Shown: piece after piece, positions 18,753 to 28,914 of the stretch | Position numbering within the stretch: position 1 is the stretch's first letter | How the letters are laid out: every line of letters starts with the position of its first letter | NCBI GenBank assembly: GCA_965221905.1 | Contig: OZ244922.1 | Coordinates: 3,360,001 to 3,424,000, forward strand | From: Chloroflexota bacterium | GTDB lineage: Bacteria; Chloroflexota; UBA11872; VXOZ01 | Direction: 5' to 3' | DNA length: 64,000 nt | The notes under the pieces: model-generated | Told to the model about the DNA's origin: nothing | The model's input: the letters and a program-made list of their open reading frames with translations, nothing else | Database searches by the model: none | Made by a program: the position numbers and the translations under genes

Positions 18753-19973
18753 ATGTCGAAGCCGAAAGTTGCGATCGAACGCTGTGCGATTAGTGCCAGT
18801 CAAGAGGAGGTGAATGCGGCAGTTGCGCAAGCGGTGGAAGCCATCGGCGGCATTCCCCAGGCTGTGCGCGATGCCAAAAGCATGGTAGTGAAGCCTAACT
18901 ACGTGGGCATTATGTCCAGAGCGAGCAACGACGACGTTCGCATGCACAAGGGCCGGCACGCGCACAATACGGAACCTGCCGTCTGTGCTGCCGCCATCAA
19001 GCAGATTCGGGAGGCAAACCCCAGCGCGACCATATACTACGGCGATGGGTTGGACATCCGCCACGCGCACCGCACGAAAGAAGACATCTTCGACTTCATG
19101 GGAGCAACGGCGCTGGCGAAGCAGTACGATCTCACCCTTCTGGACTGCAACGAAGGTGAGTTCGTGCGGGTGCCTGTCCCGGACGGCGTGATGCTGCGTT
19201 ATCTCTGGGTGCGCCGCGAAATCGCGGAAGCCGATACCTACGTCTCCCTAGCAAAGCTCAAGTGCCACCAAACCGCTGGCTTCACACTATCGACGAAGAA
19301 CATGTTTGGCTTGCTGCCGCGCGTGCACTATGGCGCAGGCAATCGGGGGTTCATGCACCAAAACGCCCACCGTCTGATGCGAGTATTCGTCACGGTCAAC
19401 CAGGCGTTTCCGCAGTCGTTCCAAGTAATCGACGGTATCGTGGGCACGAATCACGGGATGAGCGGCGAACCGAAAGAGGCCGGGCTCGTAATGGCGGGCA
19501 CCAATTCTATCGCCACGGACGCTGTGGGCATGAAGGTGATGGGCTTCGATCCGCAGGCCGATTTCGGTACGCCGCCCTTCTTCATTTCCGAAAACCATAT
19601 CAAGCTCGCTGCCTTAGCCGGCCTTGGCACCACGCAGCTCGATGAGATTGAAGTCCGGGGCGAGTCGCCGGAGTCATTCGGTCTCCAGTTCGAGACCCGG
19701 CCGGAGTCGGAGTTTTCCCACGCAAAAGCCGCGGCAATCCTCGAAGCGACGCGGGCGCAGGCGCGCGTCTATCTCAAAATGCGTGACGAACTGCTCAAGA
19801 CCCACACCGGTAAATTCGTATTCCTGGTAGACGGTGAGGTGGTGCAGAGCGTCGATACGATTGCCGAGGCGGCCAAACTTGACTATTTCAACAATGCGCA
19901 CGGCTTTGGCTTTGCCACACAAGTGCTGCCGCCCAGCGAAGCGGCTGAGAAGATCGAGGCGTATCTCTCTTAG
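18753..19973 (+). CDS. DUF362 domain protein with C-terminal DUF5678-like domain
   Basis: VVKPN, TEP, SLAKLKCH, TLSTKNMFG, VIDGIVG, ATDAVG; C-terminal RDELLKTHTGKFVFLVDGEVV. Confidence 0.82.
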   Translation: MSKPKVAIERCAISASQEEVNAAVAQAVEAIGGIPQAVRDAKSMVVKPNYVGIMSRASNDDVRMHKGRHAHNTEPAVCAAAIKQIREANPSATIYYGDGLDIRHAHRTKEDIFDFMGATALAKQYDLTLLDCNEGEFVRVPVPDGVMLRYLWVRREIAEADTYVSLAKLKCHQTAGFTLSTKNMFGLLPRVHYGAGNRGFMHQNAHRLMRVFVTVNQAFPQSFQVIDGIVGTNHGMSGEPKEAGLVMAGTNSIATDAVGMKVMGFDPQADFGTPPFFISENHIKLAALAGLGTTQLDEIEVRGESPESFGLQFETRPESEFSHAKAAAILEATRAQARVYLKMRDELLKTHTGKFVFLVDGEVVQSVDTIAEAAKLDYFNNAHGFGFATQVLPPSEAAEKIEAYLS

Positions 19974-20066
19974 CAACAGCGCGCGCTGACGCACCGCAAT
20001 GAAGCAAGAGCAGCTCTATTCATGTTGGAGGCAATCGCAAGCGATGATGCGCGGTGGGGCAATTGC

Positions 20067-21458
20067 ATGGACCCCGTAGAAGACCTGGTCGCGTTCGTTT
20101 CGCAGTTGCGGTACGAGGACCTGCCGCCAACCACGGTAGAAGCCGTTAAGGTGCAATTGGCCGACGCTTTGGCATGCGCCCTCGCGGGGTCGGCGGCTCC
20201 GTTGAATCCGGAGATTGTCGCGCGCCATGCCCAATGGGGCGGCACCCCGGAGGCGACGGTGCTGGTATACGGACACCGCCTGCCCGCGCCCACGGCGGCC
20301 TGGCTGAACGCGGCCATGATTCACGCCCATGATTTCGACGATTCTCATCGCGCTTCAAATCAGCACGTCTTCGTTACGCTCCTGCCGGCGGCGCTGGCCA
20401 CAGCCGAAAGTCTGCGCCAACCAATTGCAGGAAGGGGCCTCATCACTGCGCTTGCAGGCGCGGCGGAGTTTCAGATTCGCCTGGGCCTCTCCGTACTGCC
20501 CCACATGCACGTCGGCTGGCTGCCTACGGCAGTTTTTGGCGGACTGGGCGCAGCGGCGGCCGGCGCCAAGCTGCTTGGCCTGTCACAGGAAGGCATTGCA
20601 AACGCTGTCGGCCTCGGCTATGCACAGGTACAAGGGAACCGGCAGGGCCTCCTGGAAGGGAACATTGCTAAGCGCCTGACACCGGCGTTCAGCGCCCGTG
20701 CGGGCGTCCATGCCGCGGCGCTGGCTGAAATCGGCGTCACCGGACCCCACGCAATTGCAAACGGTAGCTACGGACTCTACGCGCTCTTCGGCGACGGCAA
20801 CGGCGATGCATCTATGCTCACGTCCGGACTCGGCACACGCTTCTTTGTGAATGACATCGCTCTGAAACCGTATCCCTGCTGCCGCGCAGCGCACCGGCCG
20901 ATTGACATGGCGCTGGTGGCCAAGGCGAACCTGCAACCGTTTGAATCTGCAGCAATCGCCGCCGTGGACGTCTGGCTCCATCCGCGTGGGTACGCGCTGA
21001 TCGGTCAGCCCTTCCAAATACGGCAGAATCCGCAGGTGGACGCGCAATTCAGCGCGCAGTGGACGGTGGCGTTTGCGCTGCTTCACGGCGCGCTGACGCT
21101 CACAGACTTTGATCCGAAGGCAGTGCGCGCAGCAACGGACGTGCGAACACTGGCGGAGAGAGTGCGAATTCACAGACTGCCCGATGCCGATTCCGGTACG
21201 CAAGAGCGCCTCACGCTGCGGCTGCAGGACGGACGGCAGGCAACCATCAGCCACGCCGACATCAAAGGCGAGCCGGGCTTGCCGCTATCGCGCGCAGAAC
21301 GCTTGGGGAAATTTCTCGCCTGCGCCGCCTACGCGCACTATCCTCTAGAACCAACAACGGCGAAAGCCGTGTTTACCGAAATCGAACACCTCGAGGAAAA
21401 CGACGACATCCGTCCGCTCATCGCACAATTCACAACGCATCGCAGTGGTATGTGCTAG
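20067..21458 (+). CDS. MmgE/PrpD family protein
   Basis: HAHDFDDSH, LKPYPCC, AQFS, IKGEP. Confidence 0.88.
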   Translation: MDPVEDLVAFVSQLRYEDLPPTTVEAVKVQLADALACALAGSAAPLNPEIVARHAQWGGTPEATVLVYGHRLPAPTAAWLNAAMIHAHDFDDSHRASNQHVFVTLLPAALATAESLRQPIAGRGLITALAGAAEFQIRLGLSVLPHMHVGWLPTAVFGGLGAAAAGAKLLGLSQEGIANAVGLGYAQVQGNRQGLLEGNIAKRLTPAFSARAGVHAAALAEIGVTGPHAIANGSYGLYALFGDGNGDASMLTSGLGTRFFVNDIALKPYPCCRAAHRPIDMALVAKANLQPFESAAIAAVDVWLHPRGYALIGQPFQIRQNPQVDAQFSAQWTVAFALLHGALTLTDFDPKAVRAATDVRTLAERVRIHRLPDADSGTQERLTLRLQDGRQATISHADIKGEPGLPLSRAERLGKFLACAAYAHYPLEPTTAKAVFTEIEHLEENDDIRPLIAQFTTHRSGMC

Positions 21459-21648
21459 CCGTATGCCACGAGAGACGGGTTTCGGCCCCGGTTCTTGCGC
21501 ATGTGAGTGAGATGGTACGCTAAACGCAAACGCATGGTTCGCGGCATAATCCACTGCATGGGACACATAGTGGGCGGCGGTCGGTAGGTACTGGGGAAAG
21601 AAGTGGAAGAAAGGCAAAGTAGCATTTCAACTGACGAAGGAGACTCTT

Positions 21649-22422
21649 ATGAGCGCACTTGAGGGGCGGCGGGCGCTGGTGACCGGCGCGGGAGTTGGGA
21701 TCGGCCAGGGCATTGCGTTGGAGCTGGCCCGCCAGGGGGCGGCGGTGGCGGTGCACTACTATGCCGACAGCGTGGCCGGCGGGCAGGAGACCGTGGCGGC
21801 CATTGAGAAAAGCAGCGGCGTGGCGATTCCGATCGAGGCCGACCTCACAGCCGTGGCGGCGTGTCGCCGCGCGGTGGATGAGGCGGCAGCGGGCCTCGGC
21901 GGTCTCGACGTGCTGATCAACAACGCCGGTGTTACCGTGGAGCGGCCGTTTCAAGAGACCACCGAAGAGAACTTCAACCTGATGTTCGACCTGAATGTAC
22001 GCGGCTACTACTTCTGCGCGCAACAGGCGCTGCCCCACATGCTCGCCCGCGGCGGCGGCAGCATTGTCAATATCTCATCCGTGCACGGCTATGCAGGTTA
22101 CCCGTCCCACGTGGCGTATGCCGGCACAAAAGGCGCTGTCAATGCTCTGACCCGCACGCTGGCAGTCGAGCTTGCTCCGCTGCATGTCCGGGTGAATACG
22201 ATTGGACCGGGTCTGATCGAAGTACCCCGCTATTTCGATAATCCGTCGTATACCACCGAGAAGGGCGCGCAACAGGTGCCGTGGGGACGGGTGGGACGTC
22301 CCGCGGACATTGCGAAAGTGGCGGCATTCTTGGCTTCAGACGGCGCGGACTTCGTCACCGGACAGGTGGTCTACGTGGATGGCGGCACCACTGCGCGCAT
22401 GTCGCTCATGCCGGTGGAGTAA
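21649..22422 (+). CDS. SDR family oxidoreductase
   Basis: [35 protein letters not shown]. Confidence 0.92.
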   Translation: MSALEGRRALVTGAGVGIGQGIALELARQGAAVAVHYYADSVAGGQETVAAIEKSSGVAIPIEADLTAVAACRRAVDEAAAGLGGLDVLINNAGVTVERPFQETTEENFNLMFDLNVRGYYFCAQQALPHMLARGGGSIVNISSVHGYAGYPSHVAYAGTKGAVNALTRTLAVELAPLHVRVNTIGPGLIEVPRYFDNPSYTTEKGAQQVPWGRVGRPADIAKVAAFLASDGADFVTGQVVYVDGGTTARMSLMPVE

Positions 22423-22685
22423 TGTGGTGGCGAGTGTCCTTACGTATCGTGCACTGGTGACGCCTGAGCTATGAGCGCATGTTGATCCGATACAAAGTGC
22501 GCCGACCGCTGTTGGTCTTCGCCCGTTGACTCCTTTGGACAACCTTCTTAGCGATGAGAATATCCTCTCCTTCAAGGGTGAAGGAAAGGATGAGCGTGAA
22601 ATAGGTTAATTCCGCCAAAACAGCAGAGGTGCGCAGGTTCCTCTCGGTGAAGCACTAGGTCTGCAACCACGCACAATGAGGGAAT

Positions 22686-23003
22686 TGTAAGTGTCAGGTG
22701 ACTCGTTGACAGAATGGGAGCATGAAACGGCAGAAAGTAATGGATATCAATAGGCTGCCTTTCCCAATAGGTAGTTCTGTCACGAGCAGTGACAGCTCGT
22801 GCATGAAAGACGAATAGGGTAGGCGGCACGAAAACCGTCACTCCGACGTAAAGCCTGCCCCATACTTGATACGGGGCCGGAGTCTAGGGGGTGCAGTGAA
22901 GATGGATTCCGGCTTTCGCCGGAATGACGGAACTGACCGTCCTCAACTTTCCAGAGCATCAATTGGATTGACGAATTTGTCAACGAATTAGTCAACACTT
23001 ACA
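22686..23003 (+). mobile_element. 318-bp MITE, copy 1 (TGTAAGTGT termini, GGAAT target duplication)
   Basis: TIRs tgtaagtgtcaggtgactcgttgaca and tgtcaacgaattagtcaacacttaca; ggaat on both sides; colinear with 47753-48070. Confidence 0.88.
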
Positions 23004-23086
23004 GGAATGACAAGAGAGAGCCGGCTCAATGTTACCGGTAGGAGGCATGGAGACTGTGACAAAGCGTACTAAAGGCAATTCCTGCT

Positions 23087-23515
23087 ATGCCGAAAGATAA
23101 GAAAGAGAGCGTCGAAGGGCCCTCGCCGCACATTCAGCACTACCGGCGCCTCGCCTGGGCACTGATGCTCCTCTGGACCTTTGTCTGGGGCATTTTGGGT
23201 GTCGGTCCCTGGGTAGGTATTCCCGATCTCCCGCAGGATAGCCTCGCCGTACACCTTATACCGGTGGGCATAGGGATTGCCGGCGGCCTAGCCACACGTC
23301 GTCATCCGGTTGCAGGCGGTGTGTATTGGCTGATCGCCGGGTTCTTACTCTCTTCGCTGCTCGTGGTGCGCATGCAAAGCGTTGCGGACATGCTCATCTG
23401 GTGTCTCGCCGCTCTTCCCGCGCTCATCACGGGTGTCCTCCTCATCGTCAACCTAACGCCGGCAGAGCGCGCGGCACTGCTGTCTTCGACAAAATCGCAG
23501 AAACGCAAGCGCTGA
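23087..23515 (+). CDS. Small four-TM membrane protein
   Basis: 142 aa with four hydrophobic segments and charged termini. Confidence 0.7.
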   Translation: MPKDKKESVEGPSPHIQHYRRLAWALMLLWTFVWGILGVGPWVGIPDLPQDSLAVHLIPVGIGIAGGLATRRHPVAGGVYWLIAGFLLSSLLVVRMQSVADMLIWCLAALPALITGVLLIVNLTPAERAALLSSTKSQKRKR

Positions 23516-23589
23516 GAAGGGCACGGAGATCGCTGTCGTCGGTGCAAATTGGGACACTTGACCGCTATGTACAGCGCGCGGTCAGGGTG

Positions 23590-23718
23590 GTCACTCCCGC
23601 GCACACGGGAATCCATCTTCTCTGCATCACGTCAGTTCGTCATCGCCTAGAAGAGGGACAAGCCCCCGCGTTACGTAACTCCGCCGATAGGGGTGCAGGT
23701 TTGAAACCTGCATCTACC
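23590..23718. repeat. Cluster of three different REP-like palindromes
   Basis: gtcactcccgcgcacacgggaatcc; gggacaagcccccgcgttac; gtgcaggtttgaaacctgcatctac. Confidence 0.7.
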
Positions 23719-23874
23719 CGGACTAGAGACGAATTAAGGGGTTGCCCAGCCTTTCATTTCCCGTCTTCCACACACTGCATAGAGACTTTGCTCTTTCAGG
23801 CACAGGGAACCGCGGCGGGTATTGCCGAGAAAAGCACTCAGGGTTGCAACTAGCGCCCTTCAGCAAGAAGCCGG

Positions 23875-25695
23875 CTATTCGAGCGATGACTCTTGTGTTG
23901 CCGGAGAGGCAGAAGGGGCGGGAAAATTCGTCGGCTCTACTATACCTAAGCGTCTTAGGCGATTGCTGGCTGACGCTATCACGTTTTCCATCCAGCCTGG
24001 ATCGATTGGGATTACGGCGGGATCATCGCGGTGTTGGTACACCCACTGCAGCACAAAGTGGCGAATCGTATCCGCTGACGCCGCGCTATCGGGCAGCGAG
24101 AGGTAGTGAGCAAAGAATGATTCGAGCTTCTCTTCGCATACCGCTTCTGAAGCCGGCCCCAGCGTCTCCTGCCCCAAAATCTGGCCGTTGCGAACGAAGA
24201 AGAGATGCACCTTGCCCGGTGGATCTGCCGGATAGATCAGCAGGATGGTGTGTCCGGCGAATCCTCCTGATATCGGGCGGTGGTGCGCCCGGAGACGGCG
24301 CAGAATCTGCGGAACCGCGTCGGTTGCCGGCAGTCCCCGCTCTTGCCAATGACTCAAAACTGCGTCCGGCCCCTCGGATAAGAACTGAAACACGAGGTTC
24401 GCCTGGTCTTGTGGCCAAAGGTCTGCCGTAACATCCAGTAGTCGGCGTGCCACGCGGGCATTCCAGCTAGCCGCCGCGCGGTTGCTGTATGGCCCAAAAT
24501 ACGCTGAATCATCCGGCCGCAACCGACTGCTCGTCCGTACTTTGATGCCCGCTTCCTGGCTGCGCCAAACCCGGACGTACGGCTGCATGGGGCGATACTG
24601 CTGTTGCACGTTGTAGACCGGCTGCAGTTCCTGGATCATCCGCGCTTCGCGGAGCAGGGCTTCAAACTCGGAGCCGGTGACTTCCACGTCAATGCGGTCA
24701 AGCCGCTCTATCAGGCCGTCGAAGAGTCGATCGGGGTCCGAGAGGTGACTGCGCACCCTGCGCTGGAGCGACTTGGACTTGCCTACATAGAGCACAGCGC
24801 CCTCGCTATCGCGAAAGGTGTAGATGCCGGGAAGCGCGGGAAGAAGCCGCACTTGCGCTTGCAGTGCCGTGCGGTGGGCGGGCAGGCGTTTCCCCTGGCC
24901 GTCCAACCACGCCAAGAACGACTGCATGCTTGTGCTGTGCTCGGCGGGAACCCGGTCGAGCAATCTGGCAAAGCACTGTGCGGTCACGCGCGCGTCGATG
25001 AGGGCTCGGTGTTTTGGCGCATCGTTCAGACCGAAATGCCGCGCCAAGCGTTCCAGGCTTGGCCTCTTCAATTCCGGAGTGAGCCGCGTGCTGAGAAGCA
25101 CGGTGTCTATAGTGGCGTTTGTAAGCGGTCGGCGTTTTGTCCACAGCGCCTCATTGCGCAAGAAGCTGAGGTCCGAGGCAATATTGTGACCCACGACCGG
25201 TACGTGGGCGACAAAGGCATAGAAATCGTCGAGCACCGGCCCGGCCGGCGGCGCATCGATTAGCATGTCGTCGCTAATACCGGTGAGCTGCCAGATGCGC
25301 TTGCCCACCGGTTGTCCGGGGTTAACCAGAGAGTTGAAACGTGCGATTTCCTCACCGTTGCAGACCCGCACGGCGCCAAGTTCGATGATGCGGTGGCGGC
25401 CCGCAATGCCGCCGGTGGTCTCGACGTCCAGTACTACGAATACCTGGGAAGCAAGCAGCTCTTCAGCATTCTGCTGCCATTGCTCCAAACCCCAAAGCCC
25501 CACGGCACTTTGGGTAAAGCGGCCGTCGGCGATAAGCCTCTCTTCAACGAGGTGCAGCAAGGCGGCGGGGAGTTCACCATTCATCTGCATTGCGGCACGC
25601 GCAAGCGCCGCAATACTCATATCGCTGCCGCTCTGCTCCAAGATTAAATAGGCTCGTTGGACGAGAACCTGGCGTTCGAATGCTGGGAGTGCCAT
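23875..25695 (-). CDS. DEDDh 3'-5' exonuclease (DnaQ-like) fused to a UvrC-like GIY-YIG nuclease domain
   Basis: VLDVETTG, GHNIASD, HRALIDA, followed by PGIYTF...VLYVGKSKSLQRRVRSH. Confidence 0.88.
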   Translation of the reverse strand: MALPAFERQVLVQRAYLILEQSGSDMSIAALARAAMQMNGELPAALLHLVEERLIADGRFTQSAVGLWGLEQWQQNAEELLASQVFVVLDVETTGGIAGRHRIIELGAVRVCNGEEIARFNSLVNPGQPVGKRIWQLTGISDDMLIDAPPAGPVLDDFYAFVAHVPVVGHNIASDLSFLRNEALWTKRRPLTNATIDTVLLSTRLTPELKRPSLERLARHFGLNDAPKHRALIDARVTAQCFARLLDRVPAEHSTSMQSFLAWLDGQGKRLPAHRTALQAQVRLLPALPGIYTFRDSEGAVLYVGKSKSLQRRVRSHLSDPDRLFDGLIERLDRIDVEVTGSEFEALLREARMIQELQPVYNVQQQYRPMQPYVRVWRSQEAGIKVRTSSRLRPDDSAYFGPYSNRAAASWNARVARRLLDVTADLWPQDQANLVFQFLSEGPDAVLSHWQERGLPATDAVPQILRRLRAHHRPISGGFAGHTILLIYPADPPGKVHLFFVRNGQILGQETLGPASEAVCEEKLESFFAHYLSLPDSAASADTIRHFVLQWVYQHRDDPAVIPIDPGWMENVIASASNRLRRLGIVEPTNFPAPSASPATQESSLE

Positions 25696-25741
25696 TGCGC
25701 GAAAACCAAAACTGTAGGGGTGCTAGTACGAACCAACTACG

Positions 25742-26881
25742 TCATGCTTGTTCCGACAGCGTGATACCCGTTTGGGCGGAGAGTTGCCTGAGATCGGCGA
25801 GCACGGCCGAGTCAATTGGCACGCCGTTTGCTCGGCGGTCTTGCAAGTGTTCCGCTTCGATCTCGCCGGGCAGAGCAATCCGGTCGAATCCCGGTGCCAG
25901 CGGCAGCCCACGCATCTCCATCAATAGGGCCTCCAGCCGTTCCTTGAATGACTCGATTTCCACGAATGCCGCAATGTCAATTGCAATGAAGAGGTGCGCC
26001 ACGTCGGCGGGCCGGCTCATATCGCTAAAGAACCCTGCGGAATGCACACCCAAAGTCGCGCCGGTGAGCAGTGACGTGAAAATCTCGATCATCAGGGCGA
26101 GACCGGAGCCCTTGTAGTCTGCCAACGGGCGCGCTCCGCCCTGCCTGGCCAGTGTGGGATCAGTCGTGGGCAGGCCGTCAGGCCCGACTGCCCATGTGTC
26201 GGGAATAGACTGTCCCCGCTTCTCAGCCAAGACCACGTGCCCCATGGCCACAACACTTGTCGCCATATCCAGAATGAGCGGTTCGTTGTGGGTTGGCGCG
26301 CCAAAGCAGATGGGGTTAGTGCCCAGGAATTTCTTTGCCGCGCCCCAAGGCACCATGGCCGGGCTCGAATTCGTCGTAACAATGCCGAGGCATCCGGCAT
26401 CGGCCATTTGCAGCGCGTAATCGGCCGCCATACCGAAGTGGTTGCTATTGCGAACGCCTACGGTGGCAATGCCCTGATCTCCGGCGAGCCGAATCGCCAG
26501 TTGCGTAGCATATGTGCTCACCGGCACGCCTAGCCCGTTATCACCGTTCACCAGGGCAGAGGCGGCGCGTTGGCGCTCGACGTGGATGTTCGCGCCGGCG
26601 TTCACGACACCGTTGCGGATGCGCTGCGCCAGCGCGGAGAGGCGTGTGATACCGTGGGTTTCGACACCACGGAGGTCGCACAGCACAAGGTGGCGGGCCG
26701 ACTGCGCCGCATGCTCCAGCGGGATGCCCGCATGCATGAGCACCTCGCACGCGAATTGCTCCAGCCGTGGCGCGGGAATGCGCTGCGCAGCGGCAGGTGA
26801 AGCGTGCGGCGTGTTCCCGCCTATTCTAGGCGTGTTCCCGCCTTTGCTCGGAGTGCTGGCGCCTTCGCTAGGCGCGCTCAC
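25742..26881 (-). CDS. Ldh_2 family (malate/L-lactate/ureidoglycolate dehydrogenase-like) oxidoreductase
   Basis: LRGVETHG, NSNHFG, GTNPI, LDMATS, YKGSGL, LPGE. Confidence 0.9.
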   Translation of the reverse strand: MSAPSEGASTPSKGGNTPRIGGNTPHASPAAAQRIPAPRLEQFACEVLMHAGIPLEHAAQSARHLVLCDLRGVETHGITRLSALAQRIRNGVVNAGANIHVERQRAASALVNGDNGLGVPVSTYATQLAIRLAGDQGIATVGVRNSNHFGMAADYALQMADAGCLGIVTTNSSPAMVPWGAAKKFLGTNPICFGAPTHNEPLILDMATSVVAMGHVVLAEKRGQSIPDTWAVGPDGLPTTDPTLARQGGARPLADYKGSGLALMIEIFTSLLTGATLGVHSAGFFSDMSRPADVAHLFIAIDIAAFVEIESFKERLEALLMEMRGLPLAPGFDRIALPGEIEAEHLQDRRANGVPIDSAVLADLRQLSAQTGITLSEQA

Positions 26882-27768
26882 GCCTTTGCTACCTCTACCT
26901 TGGCAAGCTCTTCCAGCGGCTTGACCACGGCCGTCTGGTCTTCGTCGGCCAGTCCCTGCGCGATTGCCTCTTCATAGACGAGTTGCGTGAGGTTGCTGAT
27001 AAGCAGCCGTACGCTGGCCTGCTGACCGAGCTGGGTGGCCAGACGCAAGTCTTTCACGAGGAGCTTGATGGCGAAGGCCGGGTCAAAATTGCGTTTCAGA
27101 ATGAAGTCCGGCATTGCGCGGTGCAGCATGCGGCTGTCGCCCATGGCGGTGCCGAGCACTTTGTAAGACACTTCGGGATCTACCCCGTTCTTGGCCCCCA
27201 GCACCATTGCTTCCGCAATGCCCGCCAGATTGATGCCCACGAGCAGTTGGTTCTGGAGCTTTACCACCGAGCCGGCGCCAAGGGGCCCGACGTGGAATAT
27301 GTTCTCGCCCATAGCCTGAAACAGTGTCTCCGCTTTAGCAAATGCGTCAGCCTCGCCGCCGGCCATGATCGCAAGCGTACCGGCCTCAGCTCCCATGGGG
27401 CCGCCGCTGATGGGGGCATCGATGAATTGGACCTGCTTTTCTGCCAGCGTGGCACCCACGCGCTGGGCCGTTGCCGGGTCAATAGTGCTGTGGTCTACGA
27501 AGACTTGTCCCGGTCGCGATCCGTGGATAGCGCCGGCATCTCCTAAGAAGACTTCCTCGACGTCTTCCGGCATCGAGATGCAGGAGAGCACGAAGTCTGC
27601 CTGCTCTGCCGCTTCTCGGGGGCTCTCCACGAGTGTGCCGCCGGCGGTGACGAACGCTTCCGCTTTGCTGCGCGTGCGGTTATAGACATAGACGTCATGG
27701 TCTGCCTTGCGGAGGTTGACCGCCATATGCATACCCATTGTGCCGAGACCGATAAAGGCAACCTTCAT
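26878..27768 (-). CDS. 3-hydroxyisobutyrate / 2-hydroxy-3-oxopropionate reductase family NAD(P)-dependent oxidoreductase
   Basis: FIGLGTMG, DAPISGG, VKLQNQ, KDLRLA. Confidence 0.9.
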   Translation of the reverse strand: MKVAFIGLGTMGMHMAVNLRKADHDVYVYNRTRSKAEAFVTAGGTLVESPREAAEQADFVLSCISMPEDVEEVFLGDAGAIHGSRPGQVFVDHSTIDPATAQRVGATLAEKQVQFIDAPISGGPMGAEAGTLAIMAGGEADAFAKAETLFQAMGENIFHVGPLGAGSVVKLQNQLLVGINLAGIAEAMVLGAKNGVDPEVSYKVLGTAMGDSRMLHRAMPDFILKRNFDPAFAIKLLVKDLRLATQLGQQASVRLLISNLTQLVYEEAIAQGLADEDQTAVVKPLEELAKVEVAKA

Positions 27769-28355
27769 TTCACATGTAGCTCCTCTTGTGTTGTTTGTGT
27801 TTTGGAATTTTGTGACCGGGCGCTATTCACGTCCCGTATTTTGCGAATACCGCTATACACGTACTCCGCTCCGGAGTAGACCGTCAGGATCAAGGCAAGC
27901 CAGAGGAGTATATCACTCACGAGGCTCTGCCAAAGGATGAGGACGAGGAGGGCGATAAAGGTGACGGCAGTCTTGAGCTTGCCGGCGCGACCCGCCGGTA
28001 TTGAGACGCCCTTTTCCGCTGCCTGCACTCGCAGGCCGGTTACCGCCATCTCGCGACTAACGACCACCGCCGCCCACCAGCCCGGTAAAAGTCCTACCTG
28101 CACGAGCGCGATCAATACCACTGTAACGAGGATTTTGTCGGCTACCAAGTCGAGCGATGCCCCAACCGCTGAGACGGTATCGCTGCGGCGAGCCACGAAG
28201 CCATCGAGCCAATCCGTTGCCGCCGCTACCGCGAGCAATGCTGCTGCCAGCCAATACAACTCCGTCTTGCCCTCGCCCCAGATGACAAGAAACATGATGA
28301 GGGGGGCAAGCACTATGCGCACGAGTGTCAACTGGTTGGCAATGCCAACGGGCAT
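27765..28355 (-). CDS. pgsA: CDP-diacylglycerol--glycerol-3-phosphate 3-phosphatidyltransferase
   Basis: ANQLTLVR, TDWLDGFVARR...GASLDLVADK CDP-alcohol motif, GKLKT. Confidence 0.88.
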   Translation of the reverse strand: MPVGIANQLTLVRIVLAPLIMFLVIWGEGKTELYWLAAALLAVAAATDWLDGFVARRSDTVSAVGASLDLVADKILVTVVLIALVQVGLLPGWWAAVVVSREMAVTGLRVQAAEKGVSIPAGRAGKLKTAVTFIALLVLILWQSLVSDILLWLALILTVYSGAEYVYSGIRKIRDVNSARSQNSKTQTTQEELHVK

Positions 28356-28914
28356 GAAGAAATCCTCTAGCAGTGCGGCACTCTGCCGCTCGCCGCATGG
28401 TTCTATCCTGGCTTCTCACGATACCGCTATTGAGGCGGCACGGCAACCCCGCGAGTGGGCGTGAGCGATCAGCGGCGCGTGTTTGGGCAACCGATAAGTC
28501 GCCAGGGCTCGGAATTCGCAACATCTCCGCACTGGCGCCAACCCGGTCGGCACGGCAAGCGCAAGGGGTGCAGGAGTTTCTTACTCACACACTTCGTAGG
28601 CAGGAGGCAATTTGGCTTTTGCTTATTCTCCGGTACCGGAGACACGGATTGGGACGATTTCGCGAGCGAACGCTACTGGCACCGGCAAGGGAACTCGGCA
28701 AGTCAGCACTCTCGGTCCAATAGATGCGCTGAACGGTTCGGAACATAGATGTGCAGAATGCGGACGGCGTCAGCATGACAACGCCATTTGTCTATATGAG
28801 CGAGCAATGTCTAGCGGCGCGTGCGCTTCTCATCCATTCCTGCCCGCATCACCGTGCCAGTCTGCTCGAAACTCGCAGTCATCCTTTTGCCAGGCGCTCT
28901 CTGACGCGCGGCCG

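Noticed and set aside
26808-26844. 21-bp-period duplication (GGNTP twice) in the Ldh_2 N-terminus
   Set aside because: Only two copies in a disordered extension; no functional signal.
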